Assembly: GCF_006345805.1 (NCBI RefSeq)
Contig: NC_043008.1
Coordinates: 31,682,001 to 31,746,000, forward strand
Direction: 5' to 3'
From: Octopus sinensis
Lineage: Eukaryota
Length of the DNA: 64,000 bases
Of this stretch, positions 63,921 through 64,000 are shown one piece after another. The stretch's first letter is position 1; every line of letters begins with the position of its first letter. Below the pieces are notes generated by a model. That model was not told the origin of the DNA and searched no databases. It saw only the letters and a list, made by a program, of their open reading frames with translations. Position numbers and translations under genes: made by a program.

Positions 63921-64000
63921 ACCTTAACTCTAAAACCTTAACCCTAACCCTAATCCTAAAATCCTAACCCTAACTCCCTAAAACCTTAAAGCTAAAACCA
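63921..64000. repeat. Degenerate (CCCTAA)n telomere-like tract running to the window end
   Basis: accttaaccctaaccctaatcctaaaatcctaaccctaa. Confidence 0.7.

Noticed and set aside
57500-64000. Divergent neighbouring gene upstream of ARMC9
   Set aside because: ORFs at 61709, 62971, 63168 and 63607 show no recognisable homology or splice-consistent structure; the region is mostly repeats.

Overview
AT-rich, microsatellite- and SINE-dense animal genomic DNA. The repeat set (CORE-like tRNA SINEs with central TA/TG tracts, RTE and CR1 LINEs) points to an octopus or other cephalopod genome; this is an inference. The main feature is an ARMC9 orthologue (LisH/armadillo ciliary protein) on the minus strand. 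I reconstructed 21 phase-consistent GT-AG coding exons by hand, from the ATG at 45916 down to 384 (2107 nt, about 702 codons); the gene runs off the window start. A probable non-coding first exon and promoter with RFX X-box motifs lies at about 56.8-57.5 kb in CpG-richer DNA. The introns hold a 2.3-kb young CR1 LINE, RTE and R4/Dong-like fossils, Helitron-like elements, hAT, piggyBac and Tc1-type MITEs, and many SINEs. The most unusual observation is two diverged 1.5-1.6 kb elements (54500-56120, 59534-61067). Each encodes only a Gag/ORF1-like CCHC zinc-knuckle protein with no RT or endonuclease. Both are inserted, with target-site duplications, at the same position in the tRNA-like head of one SINE family, and both share their 3' tail with a subfamily of that SINE. 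This looks like a SINE-targeting, half-L1/Tx1-like retroelement system. All calls are by-eye; no searches were run.
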